Source: Opitutales bacterium | GTDB lineage: Bacteria; Verrucomicrobiota; Verrucomicrobiia; Opitutales; UBA2995 | NCBI GenBank assembly: GCA_964291575.2 | Contig: OZ219850.1 | Span: 170,808-234,807 of the forward strand | Direction of reading: 5' to 3' | Length of the DNA stretch: 64,000 nt | Shown: piece after piece, positions 47,550-56,733 of the stretch | How the letters are laid out: every line of letters begins with the position of its first letter | Numbering within the stretch: position 1 is the stretch's first letter | Program-made: the position numbers and the translations under genes | The notes under the pieces: generated by a model | Told to the model about the DNA's origin: nothing | The model's input: the letters and a program-made list of their open reading frames with translations, nothing else | Databases searched by the model: none

Positions 47550-49292
47550 TTATTTTAATTCGCTCAGCTTGATCGTGCGCGAAAAAATCGGTTCGTCGTC
47601 GATGCTGACGATCTCGAACCGCATTTCGGGGTCATCCAGCCCGGTATGGAAATTCAGGACCCCGAAGGATGGCTTCTCGTTGTAGCCGAAGACGGCCCCC
47701 GGCATCAGGTCGGCCGTATGGATGTTGGTCAGCCGGGAACTCGACATTTCATAGAGGGGATAATCCCCCTCCCGATGGTTTATCCAAAAGTCGCTACGGT
47801 GCCGGTCCCCGGAGAGGAGAAGCACGCCCTCGATCCGGTTCCGGCCAAGGTAGCGGAAGATTTCTTCCCGTTCCTCGATGAACCCGTTCCAGGTATCTTT
47901 GCTTCCGGGTTTGGCTGCGGAAGCCCAGGCCACCGGCGAGGCGATAACCTTGAAGGCAGCCTTGGAGGCTTTCAGACCCGACAACAACCAATCCTTCTGA
48001 ACCGGGCCCAGCATGGTCTTCTCCTCCTTGTGCGGATTGGTCCGGTAAGTTCGGCCATCCAGCATGAAGATGTCCACGTCACCCAGGGAGAATTGGAACC
48101 AACAACCCGGCCAACCCGGCACGCCTCCTCCGGGATTTACCCAGTTGCGCTGAAATACTTCGACCATGGGCTGCTTCCAGACCGGCCTGTCTCTATACGG
48201 CCCCATCCAGACATCATCCGTGGCCGAATCGTGATCGTCCCAGATGGCGTATAGGGCGGTGGTATGCCCAAGTTTTCGGAAATCCGGTTGAGATTGACGG
48301 CGGTAGTAAGTGTAGCCGTGAAAGGCTCCCGGCATTTCCGGCATGTTGATGTAGACGTTGTCTCCCAGCAACAACATGGCGTCCAATTGCCGCGCCGCCA
48401 AAGTGGACCACATGTATTCATACTTGGGTGTGTAGCCGGCACATCCCCCTACACCGATCTTGAATGAACCCGAACTACCCATCTCCGGGTAGGTGCGGAA
48501 AGTGAGCCCGGCATCCCTCAGCACAGGAGCTCCATTCACCAACACATCATAGCGATACTGCGTGTCGGATTGCAGGCCTTCTACCGTCACTACAACAGTG
48601 TAATCCGCCCCGGCCTCGGCTCGACCCGAGGCTTTGGCTGCAAGCTGCCCGCCTTGGTCGAAACAGCGGACCTCCACCGTATCCTCTCCCATTGTCCTGA
48701 ACCAGAAACGGGCGCTTTCACTGGTTACCGACCCCAACATGGGCCCATGGATGAGACCGTCCCCCTTTTCCTCCGCCACAGCCTGAAATCGGGGAGAATT
48801 CGTAAGGTTTTTCAACAGATCCCTGGGACCGGCCAGGAAGCGGGAAAACTCCATACCGTTCTGCAAAGCCTTGCCCATGGATTCCATGGCTTTTCCGACT
48901 TCCCCCTTTACCGAATGAGCCACCGTCAGGATGAACCAGGACTCCGCGTCGGTGGCATCCTCCTCCAGGCGAAACTCGGCCAAAGAGATGGCTTCATCTA
49001 TGTCCCCTTCCAGAATCTTCAACAGTTGCCGTTGCCCCCGGCGCTTGTAGAGCATCTCCGCCCTCACCGCGGAAAACTGCCGCCGGGTCCATTCGTTTTC
49101 GCTACCGTAATAGGCGAAATCCGGATCCTCCACCCAGGCATCCTCCGGCGCGAATTGCCCATAGTTCTCGGCAATGGCTTTTATTTCCTCTACCGTCAGC
49201 GGCCTCGTGTCGCCCGCTTTGTTCCCCTGCGGATAAACCGCCGAACCAAGCAAAAGCACCGCCAGAACCAATATTGAGGAAATCAAGCGCAT
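47550..49292 (-). CDS. PhoD-like alkaline phosphatase/metallophosphatase, exported, with helical N-terminal domain
   Basis: LLLGDNVYIN, IWDDHDSATDD and LLLSGDRHRSDF metallophosphatase motifs. Signal peptide MRLISSILVLAVLLLGSAVYPQG. The track start at GTG 49361 lies in repeat DNA; ATG 49292 chosen. Confidence 0.85.
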   Translation of the reverse strand: MRLISSILVLAVLLLGSAVYPQGNKAGDTRPLTVEEIKAIAENYGQFAPEDAWVEDPDFAYYGSENEWTRRQFSAVRAEMLYKRRGQRQLLKILEGDIDEAISLAEFRLEEDATDAESWFILTVAHSVKGEVGKAMESMGKALQNGMEFSRFLAGPRDLLKNLTNSPRFQAVAEEKGDGLIHGPMLGSVTSESARFWFRTMGEDTVEVRCFDQGGQLAAKASGRAEAGADYTVVVTVEGLQSDTQYRYDVLVNGAPVLRDAGLTFRTYPEMGSSGSFKIGVGGCAGYTPKYEYMWSTLAARQLDAMLLLGDNVYINMPEMPGAFHGYTYYRRQSQPDFRKLGHTTALYAIWDDHDSATDDVWMGPYRDRPVWKQPMVEVFQRNWVNPGGGVPGWPGCWFQFSLGDVDIFMLDGRTYRTNPHKEEKTMLGPVQKDWLLSGLKASKAAFKVIASPVAWASAAKPGSKDTWNGFIEEREEIFRYLGRNRIEGVLLLSGDRHRSDFWINHREGDYPLYEMSSSRLTNIHTADLMPGAVFGYNEKPSFGVLNFHTGLDDPEMRFEIVSIDDEPIFSRTIKLSELK

Positions 49293-49981
49293 TTTGTAAT
49301 CGATCCTGAATAAGTTTTCATCGTTTCGGAAGGTTGGATAGTTCGGATTTTCTCGCGCCACTTGTCACGCCGTAATTCATGAAGGCGGAAGCACGCAAAG
49401 ACCGCTAAGAAGAAACCACAAAAAGCTCAAAAATCCCAAAAAGTTTTCTACAACTAACCACAGATTATACAGATTTACACGGATAAGGCGCCGCAGGCGC
49501 CCGCCTCTGTGTCTTTTCCACTATTATTTGGCCGTTAATCCTTTTATTGAAATTGTTGGGGGACAGGAATGTCCCCCCTCCTTTTTTAATCTGCGTTAAT
49601 CTGCGTCATCTGCGGTTCCTCTTCTCCTAATTCCCTGTCTTTGCGTTCTTGGCGATCTTCCGCCTTCAAGCGTTACGGCGTGACGTGTTGCGAGAGTTAA
49701 ATTAGTGAGAAGTGGAGAGATGCCAGGAATTAAGCCTTTAGCCTTCGTGCCTTCAATTCCTAATTCCCAATTCCTAATTCCTAATTCCTAATTCCTAATT
49801 GGCGCCCCCAGGCGCCTCTTATCCTGTGCATCCATGTTTAATTTTCGATCACGATCAAGATCACGATCAAGATCACGATTCCAAGAAATCTCAGCATCTC
49901 GGCAACTCAGCATCTCGGCATCTCTAATAATTCCTAATTCCTAATTGGCGCCCCCAGGCGCCTTTGTGCTCTGTGGTTAAT
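49293..49981. repeat. mosaic word array (~0.69 kb) including the shared leader cassette
   Basis: Contains nearly the whole vocabulary, including the longest (TTCCTAA)n run (49757-49800) and two TTGGCGCCCCCAGGCGCC hairpins. Confidence 0.9.
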
Positions 49982-52504
49982 TCATCTCTCCACAAAATGC
50001 ATGGCGTAGAGGCTGGCTCCACGCATTTTGAACTGCAGCCGAATGGCTTTACCGGCAAGGTGTCCCAAGTCCGACCTGGTTTTTCCCTCGAGGCTGAGGG
50101 TGGAGTGCCGCATTTGATTGGCCCTCAACCCTGCCAGATCCCGGAGGTCGGCCTCGCGGTTCAACCATTCCACTTCATGCCGGATAAAGTTGCCGTTGAT
50201 CCATATGCAGTTCTCGGCCTCATATCCGGGAATGGTCTTTCCTTCTTCATCCAGGATTCCAACCAGGCAATACCCGAGGGCGCGGGTATCGATATTCAGC
50301 TCCAGCCGGTTTCCATCAAAGGTTAGAGGACGGGTTACCACGGTTACTTCTCGATGGTAGGGAGTATCGGCCGAGACAAAACCATCCAGACGCTGCACCG
50401 CCCGATAAATTCCGTTTCCGGCTTTGTTGCGGACGGCAGGGGAATGATATTCCTCCTGCCCGTAGAAGTACTGCCAAATTTCATCGCCGCGCCGAATCAT
50501 TCCCTCCGACATGTAAATCTGGTGGATGTCGCGGTCCTGATAACGATCCATTGGAATATAGGCCGGCCGCATGAACCGCTTCCAGTTGACTCCATCCCGG
50601 CTTATCGCCACATGCGATTCCATGGTTCCCGAACCTTTCTTATAGGATGGGTGATAAAGAATGCGCCGGTTCAACGGCTGATGCGGCTCTTCGTAATCAT
50701 AATACATGGCCGGAAAAGAGATGTAGGCATCCTCGGCCCATGGGTACTTCATGCCCTTGGGAACATAGATCCCGCTCCCCCCGGGATCGACTGAAAGGTC
50801 CGGAGCGAATACGGTTGGCATTTCCACGCTGAAGTCGCCCGGAGTCAGGGGTCCGTTATCCATCCACCAGGGAATGGGCAATCGAAGCGGTCGCGTTTGC
50901 GCGATCTCGAGTGCTTCCTTTTGGGTCAGAGGATCGACCGGCCAGGGGGAGTAGATATCTGCCGTTTCGGAAAGGACGAACTGCCGGCTCGTTCCCCCTC
51001 CCGGGGTCATAGGATGTCCGGTGCGGTGATAACCCACATACAATTGCCGCTGATCGTCGTAGAATAAACTGGATTGGGAACCGGAACGAAAAGGTAGAAC
51101 CGCAGTGCGATGGCGCTGCCATTTCCATCCGTCCGGGGAGGTGTAGAGGTAAACGCCCCGGCCTTCCAAGCCGCTGACATACTTCCACCGGTGCTCGGGC
51201 GGTCCATTGGGATCGATTATGGGACGTCCCAGTGGCGCCGCTTCGGGAATGACGATATTCTTGTCGCCCTTCCAATGGTAACCGGTGTCCGGAGCTACAA
51301 AGTTCACCCCATCATGGGAAATACGAATGCCCAGGTAGTCGTCCGCCACCCCATGGTAGATGCGGATTATTCCCTGCTCATCCTCAATGACGGTCAGGTG
51401 CTTGCGGACCTGTCCCAGTAATCCTTCAACCACCCGGGTTATGTATTTGGGCTGATGGGTATTGAAGGTGATTCCACGGCTGGATTCAAAGAGGGAATCG
51501 TCCCAGAAAACGTGCTTTGATCCACCGAGATCCACCCTGCCGGATTTTGGAGAATCAGGTCCGAAACGAAGGGACGGTCCCTTCATCAGGGAAACTTCGG
51601 GAACGGAAGGAGCAAAGCTTCCCGGCGGTTGGAATCCATCTCGATAAACCATTCCCCTGGAAAAGCGTAGCTCGTCCAACATGCCCGGCAGTGGATCTCC
51701 CCAACGTCCGTTTCGCCCTACACTCATGTAGGACTCGTCGCCCCTTGGCAGTCGCTTCAGTTCGATTTTCTTACGATCCATTCGCTCGCCATCGGAGTAT
51801 AGGGTCATGACATCCCGGCTGGAATCAAACGTCAGGGCGAAATGATGCCACTGCCCATCCTGGAACGCCTCGGTTGCATACCCCAAGGAAACCTCGTTTC
51901 CGGACGTAGCGTTTTGGAATCCAAAGCGGCCTTGGACCGTATCCACGGTCAGTCGAGTATGGGTAGCGTTCTCCGCCCGAGGTCCGGTTCCGATTTCGAA
52001 GACGACTCCCTCTCCCTGGCGGTTTGGATGCCCCTTCAGCCATAACTCCACCGTCCAATCGAAATCCCCCAGATTCAGATCGGTCATGGAAGGATTGACA
52101 AAACCTACCTGTTTGCGCAGGTGGCGCTCTCCCCCGGTCATCAGGGCGGCAAATTCGGCGTTGTGCCAAGTGAGCGGGACCTGGGTTCGGCCGGGTGGTA
52201 TGGGCAATGGCTGAAGAGAGGCGGTGGCCTCACCCGTCTCCGGAATCTCTACCGGGGGATGGGGAACGGTCGACAAGGCGCGTCCCCATTTGCCAGCAGT
52301 GAGGGTTCCTCCCAACCCGAGGACCATGGGCGCATCCAATCCGGCGCTGGAGTCGAGTGTATGGCTTGGATACAACCACTCCGGCTCGTCGAAGAGCCAC
52401 AAGGCCACCGTCTCCGGCCTCATGTCGCCCGTTCTGTCCACCTGCGCGTAAGCCGGGCCAAGCAAAAGCGGCGCCAAGCATAATATTTGGGTAATCATTC
52501 GCAT
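49982..52504 (-). CDS. exported LamG/concanavalin-A-like lectin domain protein with a large GH-like (beta-propeller plus beta-sandwich) C-terminal region; function unknown
   Basis: 840 aa. Signal peptide MRMITQILCLAPLLLGPAYAQ. LamG-like block DWTVELWLKG...GQWHHFALTF...LDELRFS. The C-terminal ~120 aa resemble the beta-sandwich that follows GH32/GH43-type propellers (by eye). Confidence 0.6.
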   Translation of the reverse strand: MRMITQILCLAPLLLGPAYAQVDRTGDMRPETVALWLFDEPEWLYPSHTLDSSAGLDAPMVLGLGGTLTAGKWGRALSTVPHPPVEIPETGEATASLQPLPIPPGRTQVPLTWHNAEFAALMTGGERHLRKQVGFVNPSMTDLNLGDFDWTVELWLKGHPNRQGEGVVFEIGTGPRAENATHTRLTVDTVQGRFGFQNATSGNEVSLGYATEAFQDGQWHHFALTFDSSRDVMTLYSDGERMDRKKIELKRLPRGDESYMSVGRNGRWGDPLPGMLDELRFSRGMVYRDGFQPPGSFAPSVPEVSLMKGPSLRFGPDSPKSGRVDLGGSKHVFWDDSLFESSRGITFNTHQPKYITRVVEGLLGQVRKHLTVIEDEQGIIRIYHGVADDYLGIRISHDGVNFVAPDTGYHWKGDKNIVIPEAAPLGRPIIDPNGPPEHRWKYVSGLEGRGVYLYTSPDGWKWQRHRTAVLPFRSGSQSSLFYDDQRQLYVGYHRTGHPMTPGGGTSRQFVLSETADIYSPWPVDPLTQKEALEIAQTRPLRLPIPWWMDNGPLTPGDFSVEMPTVFAPDLSVDPGGSGIYVPKGMKYPWAEDAYISFPAMYYDYEEPHQPLNRRILYHPSYKKGSGTMESHVAISRDGVNWKRFMRPAYIPMDRYQDRDIHQIYMSEGMIRRGDEIWQYFYGQEEYHSPAVRNKAGNGIYRAVQRLDGFVSADTPYHREVTVVTRPLTFDGNRLELNIDTRALGYCLVGILDEEGKTIPGYEAENCIWINGNFIRHEVEWLNREADLRDLAGLRANQMRHSTLSLEGKTRSDLGHLAGKAIRLQFKMRGASLYAMHFVER

Positions 52505-52859
52505 AATTTATTCGATCAAGATAAAGTCATCATCGTTTCGGAGAATTGGATTGTCCTGAAATTCTCTCGCCACTTGTCACGCCGTAATTCATGAAGGCGG
52601 AAGCACGCAAAGACCGCTAAGAAGGAACCACAATTAAAGGCAGAAGGATGAAGGAAGAAGGCTGAATAGCCGCCATCTTGATCCTGATCGTGATCATGTT
52701 CGCAAATATAAAAGGGGAAAAGACTCACGCAAAGGTTAAGCACAAGCATCCGGAAATCAACTGACCATTTCCAAAACTGACCTCTGATAACTGAACTCTG
52801 CACACTGACAACTGGCGCCCCCGGCGCCTCTCCCTCTGTGTCCTCTGTGCTCTCTGTGG
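52505..52859. repeat. mosaic word array including the second copy of the leader cassette
   Basis: CACTTGTCACGCCGTAATTCATGAAGGCGGAAGCACGCAAAGACCGCTAAGAAGG, AGCCTT-type units, (GATCAx)n, CAGTT/CAGAGG units, GGCGCC-CCC-GGCGCC, CTCTGTGTCCTCTGTGCTCTCTGTGGTTA. Confidence 0.9.
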
Positions 52860-55265
52860 TTAATCTTCCAAAAACTGCATGGCGTAGAGATCCGTGCCCC
52901 GCATGTGGAAAACCAGGCGAACCGTTTTTCCAGCCAGGGCGGTGAGGTCCGTGCCCTTTTCCAACCATTCCACGGTATGTGCAACCGAGTTGGTATTGAT
53001 GTAGATACAATCCTCCAGTGCGTAACCCGGTATGGAATTTCCACCTTCATCGAGGATACCCACCTGGGCGTAACCAGCGGCGCCGGTGTCGATGTTCAAC
53101 ACCAAACGATTTCCCGTAAAGGTAAGGGGTAAAGTGGTGAAGCCGCCTCCGGTATAAGAGGTGCGAAGGGAAACAAACCCGTCCAATCGCTGGGTCAGCC
53201 GATGCGTAACCGGGCTGGGCGCATCCTCGGTCCAGGGATCGTGATAGGAGGCCCGCGTGTAGGAATACTGGAAAATCTCATTTCCCCGCCTGACCATGCC
53301 ATGGGCCAGATAAGGCCGCCTCACCGGAAAACCCTTATGGTCTCCGATGGGCAGATAGGCCGGCCTGGGATACCGTTTCCAACTCAATCCATCGCGGCTG
53401 ACCGCCAACTGGGGTTCCACCATGCCGGTGCCCATTTCCCGGCTGGGATGGGCCAGAATCTGCCGGGCCTGCGGTCCGTCTCCATGGTAGTGGAAAAACC
53501 AGAGCGGAAAAGCCAGGTAGGCGTCCTCCGCCCAAGGGTATTTGATAGCCCGAGTGTTGTAGAGATCGGTCGCCACCGGATCCAGATTCGGGTCCCGGCC
53601 CATGGCTATAGGGAACTCGACCCCGAAACCCGGAGGGGCCAGGGGTCCATTGTCCAGCCACCAGGGATCCCACTGCTCCACCTTCAGGGGCCGCTCCCGG
53701 TGGATTCGCAATGCCTTTTCCCGCGTGGTAGGCTCAAATTCCCAAGCCCCAAAAAGGTCCGTGACCTCCGTCCGCACAAAAAACCGCTCGGTCCGCCCGG
53801 AGGGAGTCGAGCCGTAGTCGGACCGATGATGTCCCAGATACACCTGGCGCTGGTCGTCGTAATACAGGGTCGAAGCCGACCCGGGCCAGAAGGGAAGCGC
53901 CGCCGTTTCACTGCGTTGAAAAGTCCACCCGTCGGGTGACGTCCAGATATACCAGCCTCCCCGGTCGTGCAGCCCTACCAATGCTTTCCATCGTTCCTCG
54001 GGCGGACCATTTGGATCGATGATAACGGAACCGGCTTTGGCCGGCCCGGGAATGACTTGGTTGCCCCGGCCATTGCCCAAATCCGGAGCTTCGAAATGAA
54101 GGCCATCCCGGGAGGTCCAAACGGCGACTCCTCCCGCGCCTTCACCGTAAAGCCTTATGAGTCCGTCATTGCCCTCGATCACAGTGGACCAACCAATTCC
54201 TCTATCCAGGACAATTTCTTCCAGTCGGGCCGGATGCGGGATCAGCCTTGCCCCCTCGCTCTCGGCCAGAAAAACGTCATCGAGGAAGAGATGCTTGCGG
54301 GAGCCCATTTCCACTACTCCGGAAGGAGCCCCGTTGCCCGAAAAGAGGAGTTCCCCTCCTTTTTTCAGGGTATAAGGTTTCCTGCCTGCCATATGCAGGC
54401 GCGAGTAACTTCCGGGAGGAGAAAAAGTTCCGGTATAATCGACACTGTCGGAAAAGCGTAGTTCATCGATAGCCCCGGGCAGGGGTCGGTTCCACAGTCC
54501 GTCCCGGGCAACGCTGAAGTAGGCCTCTTCCCCAATGGGGAGCGCCTGCAACAGGGCCGATGCTTCCGCCACCACCTCCCCGTTGAGATACCAAATCAAC
54601 CGGCCATTACCATGAGTGAGGGCATAGTGATTCCAACCATTTCCGATAGCATCCCGGGAACGGAGTTCCACAGTCCCTCCTCCAGCCCGGTTGTAGAAAC
54701 GGAGCTGATGTTCCTCCGGTATGACCGAAAGCCGGGTAACCCGGTCATTTTCCCCCCGGGGTCCACTGCCGATTTCAAATACCACTCCCTCCCCGGCAGC
54801 CCTCTCGTCCAGCTTCAACCAGAATTCAACCGTCCAGTCACCAGACCCGAGATTGAGGCCCGTCCGAGTGGCATTTTCAAACTCGAGCCGTCGCAAGTGC
54901 CTGTTCCCATTGGTAAACAGGGCGGCAAAGCGGTTATTGAACCAGGTCAAAGGTTCCACCGTGCGACCGGGTTGGAGCGCAGGAGCCTTCAATCCGAAGC
55001 GGATGTGGGTTTCCTCATTGGAGGGTTCGTAAACCGGCTCCCAATCCTCCGGTTCGACCGCGCCAAGAGCGCCGCCAAACTTCCCCGGCACGATGGACCC
55101 GCCCCGCCCCAAAATCAGGTGCAGGCCATTGGGGGTGGCATCCGAGAGCGGACAACTGGGATAAAGGCCTTCCTGCTCGTCAAACAACCATAGAGCCACC
55201 GTCTCGGCCCTGGACACGGGAACCGAAAGCAGCAGCAAAGCGGCGAAGGAAAATATTCGTTTCAT
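52860..55265 (-). CDS. paralogue of 49982..52504 (LamG domain plus GH-like region), exported
   Basis: 801 aa from ATG 55265 (MKRIFSFAALLLLSVPVSRA). Collinear similarity to the neighbour throughout (ETVALWLFDE, DWTVEFWLK, IDELRFS, KYPWAEDAY, RLDGFVS, LYAMQF). Confidence 0.6.
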   Translation of the reverse strand: MKRIFSFAALLLLSVPVSRAETVALWLFDEQEGLYPSCPLSDATPNGLHLILGRGGSIVPGKFGGALGAVEPEDWEPVYEPSNEETHIRFGLKAPALQPGRTVEPLTWFNNRFAALFTNGNRHLRRLEFENATRTGLNLGSGDWTVEFWLKLDERAAGEGVVFEIGSGPRGENDRVTRLSVIPEEHQLRFYNRAGGGTVELRSRDAIGNGWNHYALTHGNGRLIWYLNGEVVAEASALLQALPIGEEAYFSVARDGLWNRPLPGAIDELRFSDSVDYTGTFSPPGSYSRLHMAGRKPYTLKKGGELLFSGNGAPSGVVEMGSRKHLFLDDVFLAESEGARLIPHPARLEEIVLDRGIGWSTVIEGNDGLIRLYGEGAGGVAVWTSRDGLHFEAPDLGNGRGNQVIPGPAKAGSVIIDPNGPPEERWKALVGLHDRGGWYIWTSPDGWTFQRSETAALPFWPGSASTLYYDDQRQVYLGHHRSDYGSTPSGRTERFFVRTEVTDLFGAWEFEPTTREKALRIHRERPLKVEQWDPWWLDNGPLAPPGFGVEFPIAMGRDPNLDPVATDLYNTRAIKYPWAEDAYLAFPLWFFHYHGDGPQARQILAHPSREMGTGMVEPQLAVSRDGLSWKRYPRPAYLPIGDHKGFPVRRPYLAHGMVRRGNEIFQYSYTRASYHDPWTEDAPSPVTHRLTQRLDGFVSLRTSYTGGGFTTLPLTFTGNRLVLNIDTGAAGYAQVGILDEGGNSIPGYALEDCIYINTNSVAHTVEWLEKGTDLTALAGKTVRLVFHMRGTDLYAMQFLED

Positions 55266-55456
55266 AGGGGAAAAAGGGGTCAAAAAACGTGAAGAGGAGT
55301 CTCTCGCAAAATCGTGATCGTGATCGTGATCGAAAATTTCTGAGGAACCAACCACGGATTGAATTTTCAACTGGGAAGAAAACGTAAAGAGGAGTCTCTT
55401 TGCGTCTTTGCGAGATGCCCCTCTTCACGTTTCCCCCCTATTGCCTTTTTTCCCGT
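55266..55456. repeat. word array with an inverted pair of the GAGAGACTCCTCTTCACG word
   Basis: CGTGAAGAGGAGTCTCTCGCAAA (about 55290-55312) faces TTTGCGAGATGCCCCTCTTCACG (about 55405-55430). GATCAC units and CCACGGATT lie between. Confidence 0.8.
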
Positions 55457-56605
55457 TTACCATGCCTCTCGGTAAATATTTTCCGCGTCCGCAGCCGAAA
55501 GTGCCCGTGGATTGTTCCGCAACAAACGGGTTACTTTCATGGATTCCCTGGCCAAGGTTGGGATGGCTTCCTCGGGAACCCCGAAATCGCGCATCCGTTG
55601 CGGAATACCACAGTTCCGGGAAAGTTTCTCGAGCCGGGCCAATCCCCTTTCAGCAGCTACCTCATCAGAATCTCCGATCCCAACTCCCAGCGCCCTGGCG
55701 ATCCCGGCGTAGCGGTCGGGAGCAGCTGGCAAATTGAATCGAAAAACGGCTGGGGTCAGCAGTGAATTGGATACACCGTGAGCTACGTGATAGGCCCCTC
55801 CCAAGGGATAGGACAGGGCATGAACGGCAGCCGTATTGACGGGACCCAGACAGAGGCCTCCATTCATGGCCCCGTGCATGACCCGGGTCCTCGCCTCCAG
55901 GTCCGAACCGTTTTCAACAGCCCTTTCAAGGCCCCCTCCGATCTGGCGAATGCCTTCCAATGCAATGGCATCTACCACCGGATGAGCATGCAAGTTGGCA
56001 TAGGCTTCCATGCAATGCACCAGGGCATCGTAACCGGTCGCAGCCGTTATGGAAGGAGGCAGACTCAGGGTCAGTTCCGGATCCACGAAAGAGGCATCCG
56101 GAACCAGATGCGGACTGACCACGCCTTTCTTCAACTTCTCGCCTTCATCCAGAATGATCGAATTGGGAGAAACATCGGCTCCGGTGCCCGCGGTAGTCGG
56201 TATGCAAGCCAGGTAGGTTTCCCGGCCCTTTAACAGCCCGATTCCGAATACCTCCTCAACCATCTGGGAACCGTTCCAGAGAGCGGCAACCAACTTGGCC
56301 ACATCCAGGGCGCTGCCTCCACCAAACCCGACAATTGCATCGGGTTCATAGGCTTGTGCCGCCTGAAGCGCCTGGTAGAAATCAGTCAGGTCCGGTTCCC
56401 GGTCCGTTCCGACGAACATCCCGACTTCCAACCCCTCTGCTTTCCAGGTTTCCATTTGGGCTTGCGCCATTTCAGCGGGCACTCCCTCGCTCGTTATCAG
56501 GAATACTCTTTTCCTGGAAGCAGCATTCAGTTCAGCAGCCGCCCCGGACACACAGCCCGGACCAAAAAAGAGGCGCTTGGGTTGTTGTAAGATTAAAGGG
56601 TTCAT
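55457..56605 (-). CDS. iron-containing alcohol dehydrogenase (lactaldehyde reductase/propanediol oxidoreductase-like)
   Basis: 382 aa. GFGGGSALDVAKL dinucleotide motif. Conserved His cluster (ALVHCMEAY, HALSYPLGGAYHVAHG). Confidence 0.85.
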   Translation of the reverse strand: MNPLILQQPKRLFFGPGCVSGAAAELNAASRKRVFLITSEGVPAEMAQAQMETWKAEGLEVGMFVGTDREPDLTDFYQALQAAQAYEPDAIVGFGGGSALDVAKLVAALWNGSQMVEEVFGIGLLKGRETYLACIPTTAGTGADVSPNSIILDEGEKLKKGVVSPHLVPDASFVDPELTLSLPPSITAATGYDALVHCMEAYANLHAHPVVDAIALEGIRQIGGGLERAVENGSDLEARTRVMHGAMNGGLCLGPVNTAAVHALSYPLGGAYHVAHGVSNSLLTPAVFRFNLPAAPDRYAGIARALGVGIGDSDEVAAERGLARLEKLSRNCGIPQRMRDFGVPEEAIPTLARESMKVTRLLRNNPRALSAADAENIYREAW

Positions 56606-56644
56606 GTAACTACTCAGGTAGTTTAAACAATGGTCCGTCCCAGG

Positions 56645-56733
56645 AAAAAGGGGTCAAACGCAAAATGTTGAAATCGACCGCTAACGTTCCCCCCACCATC
56701 CAGATTTTAACATTTTGCGTTTGACCCCTTTTT
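56645..56733. repeat. 89-nt near-perfect hairpin (family C), copy 1
   Basis: 31-nt arms AAAAAGGGGTCAAACGCAAAATGTTGAAATC / GATTTTAACATTTTGCGTTTGACCCCTTTTT with one G-T pair and a 27-nt loop. Preceded by a MITE left TIR at 56607. The right arm contains the sulfatase stop codon. Confidence 0.9.
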
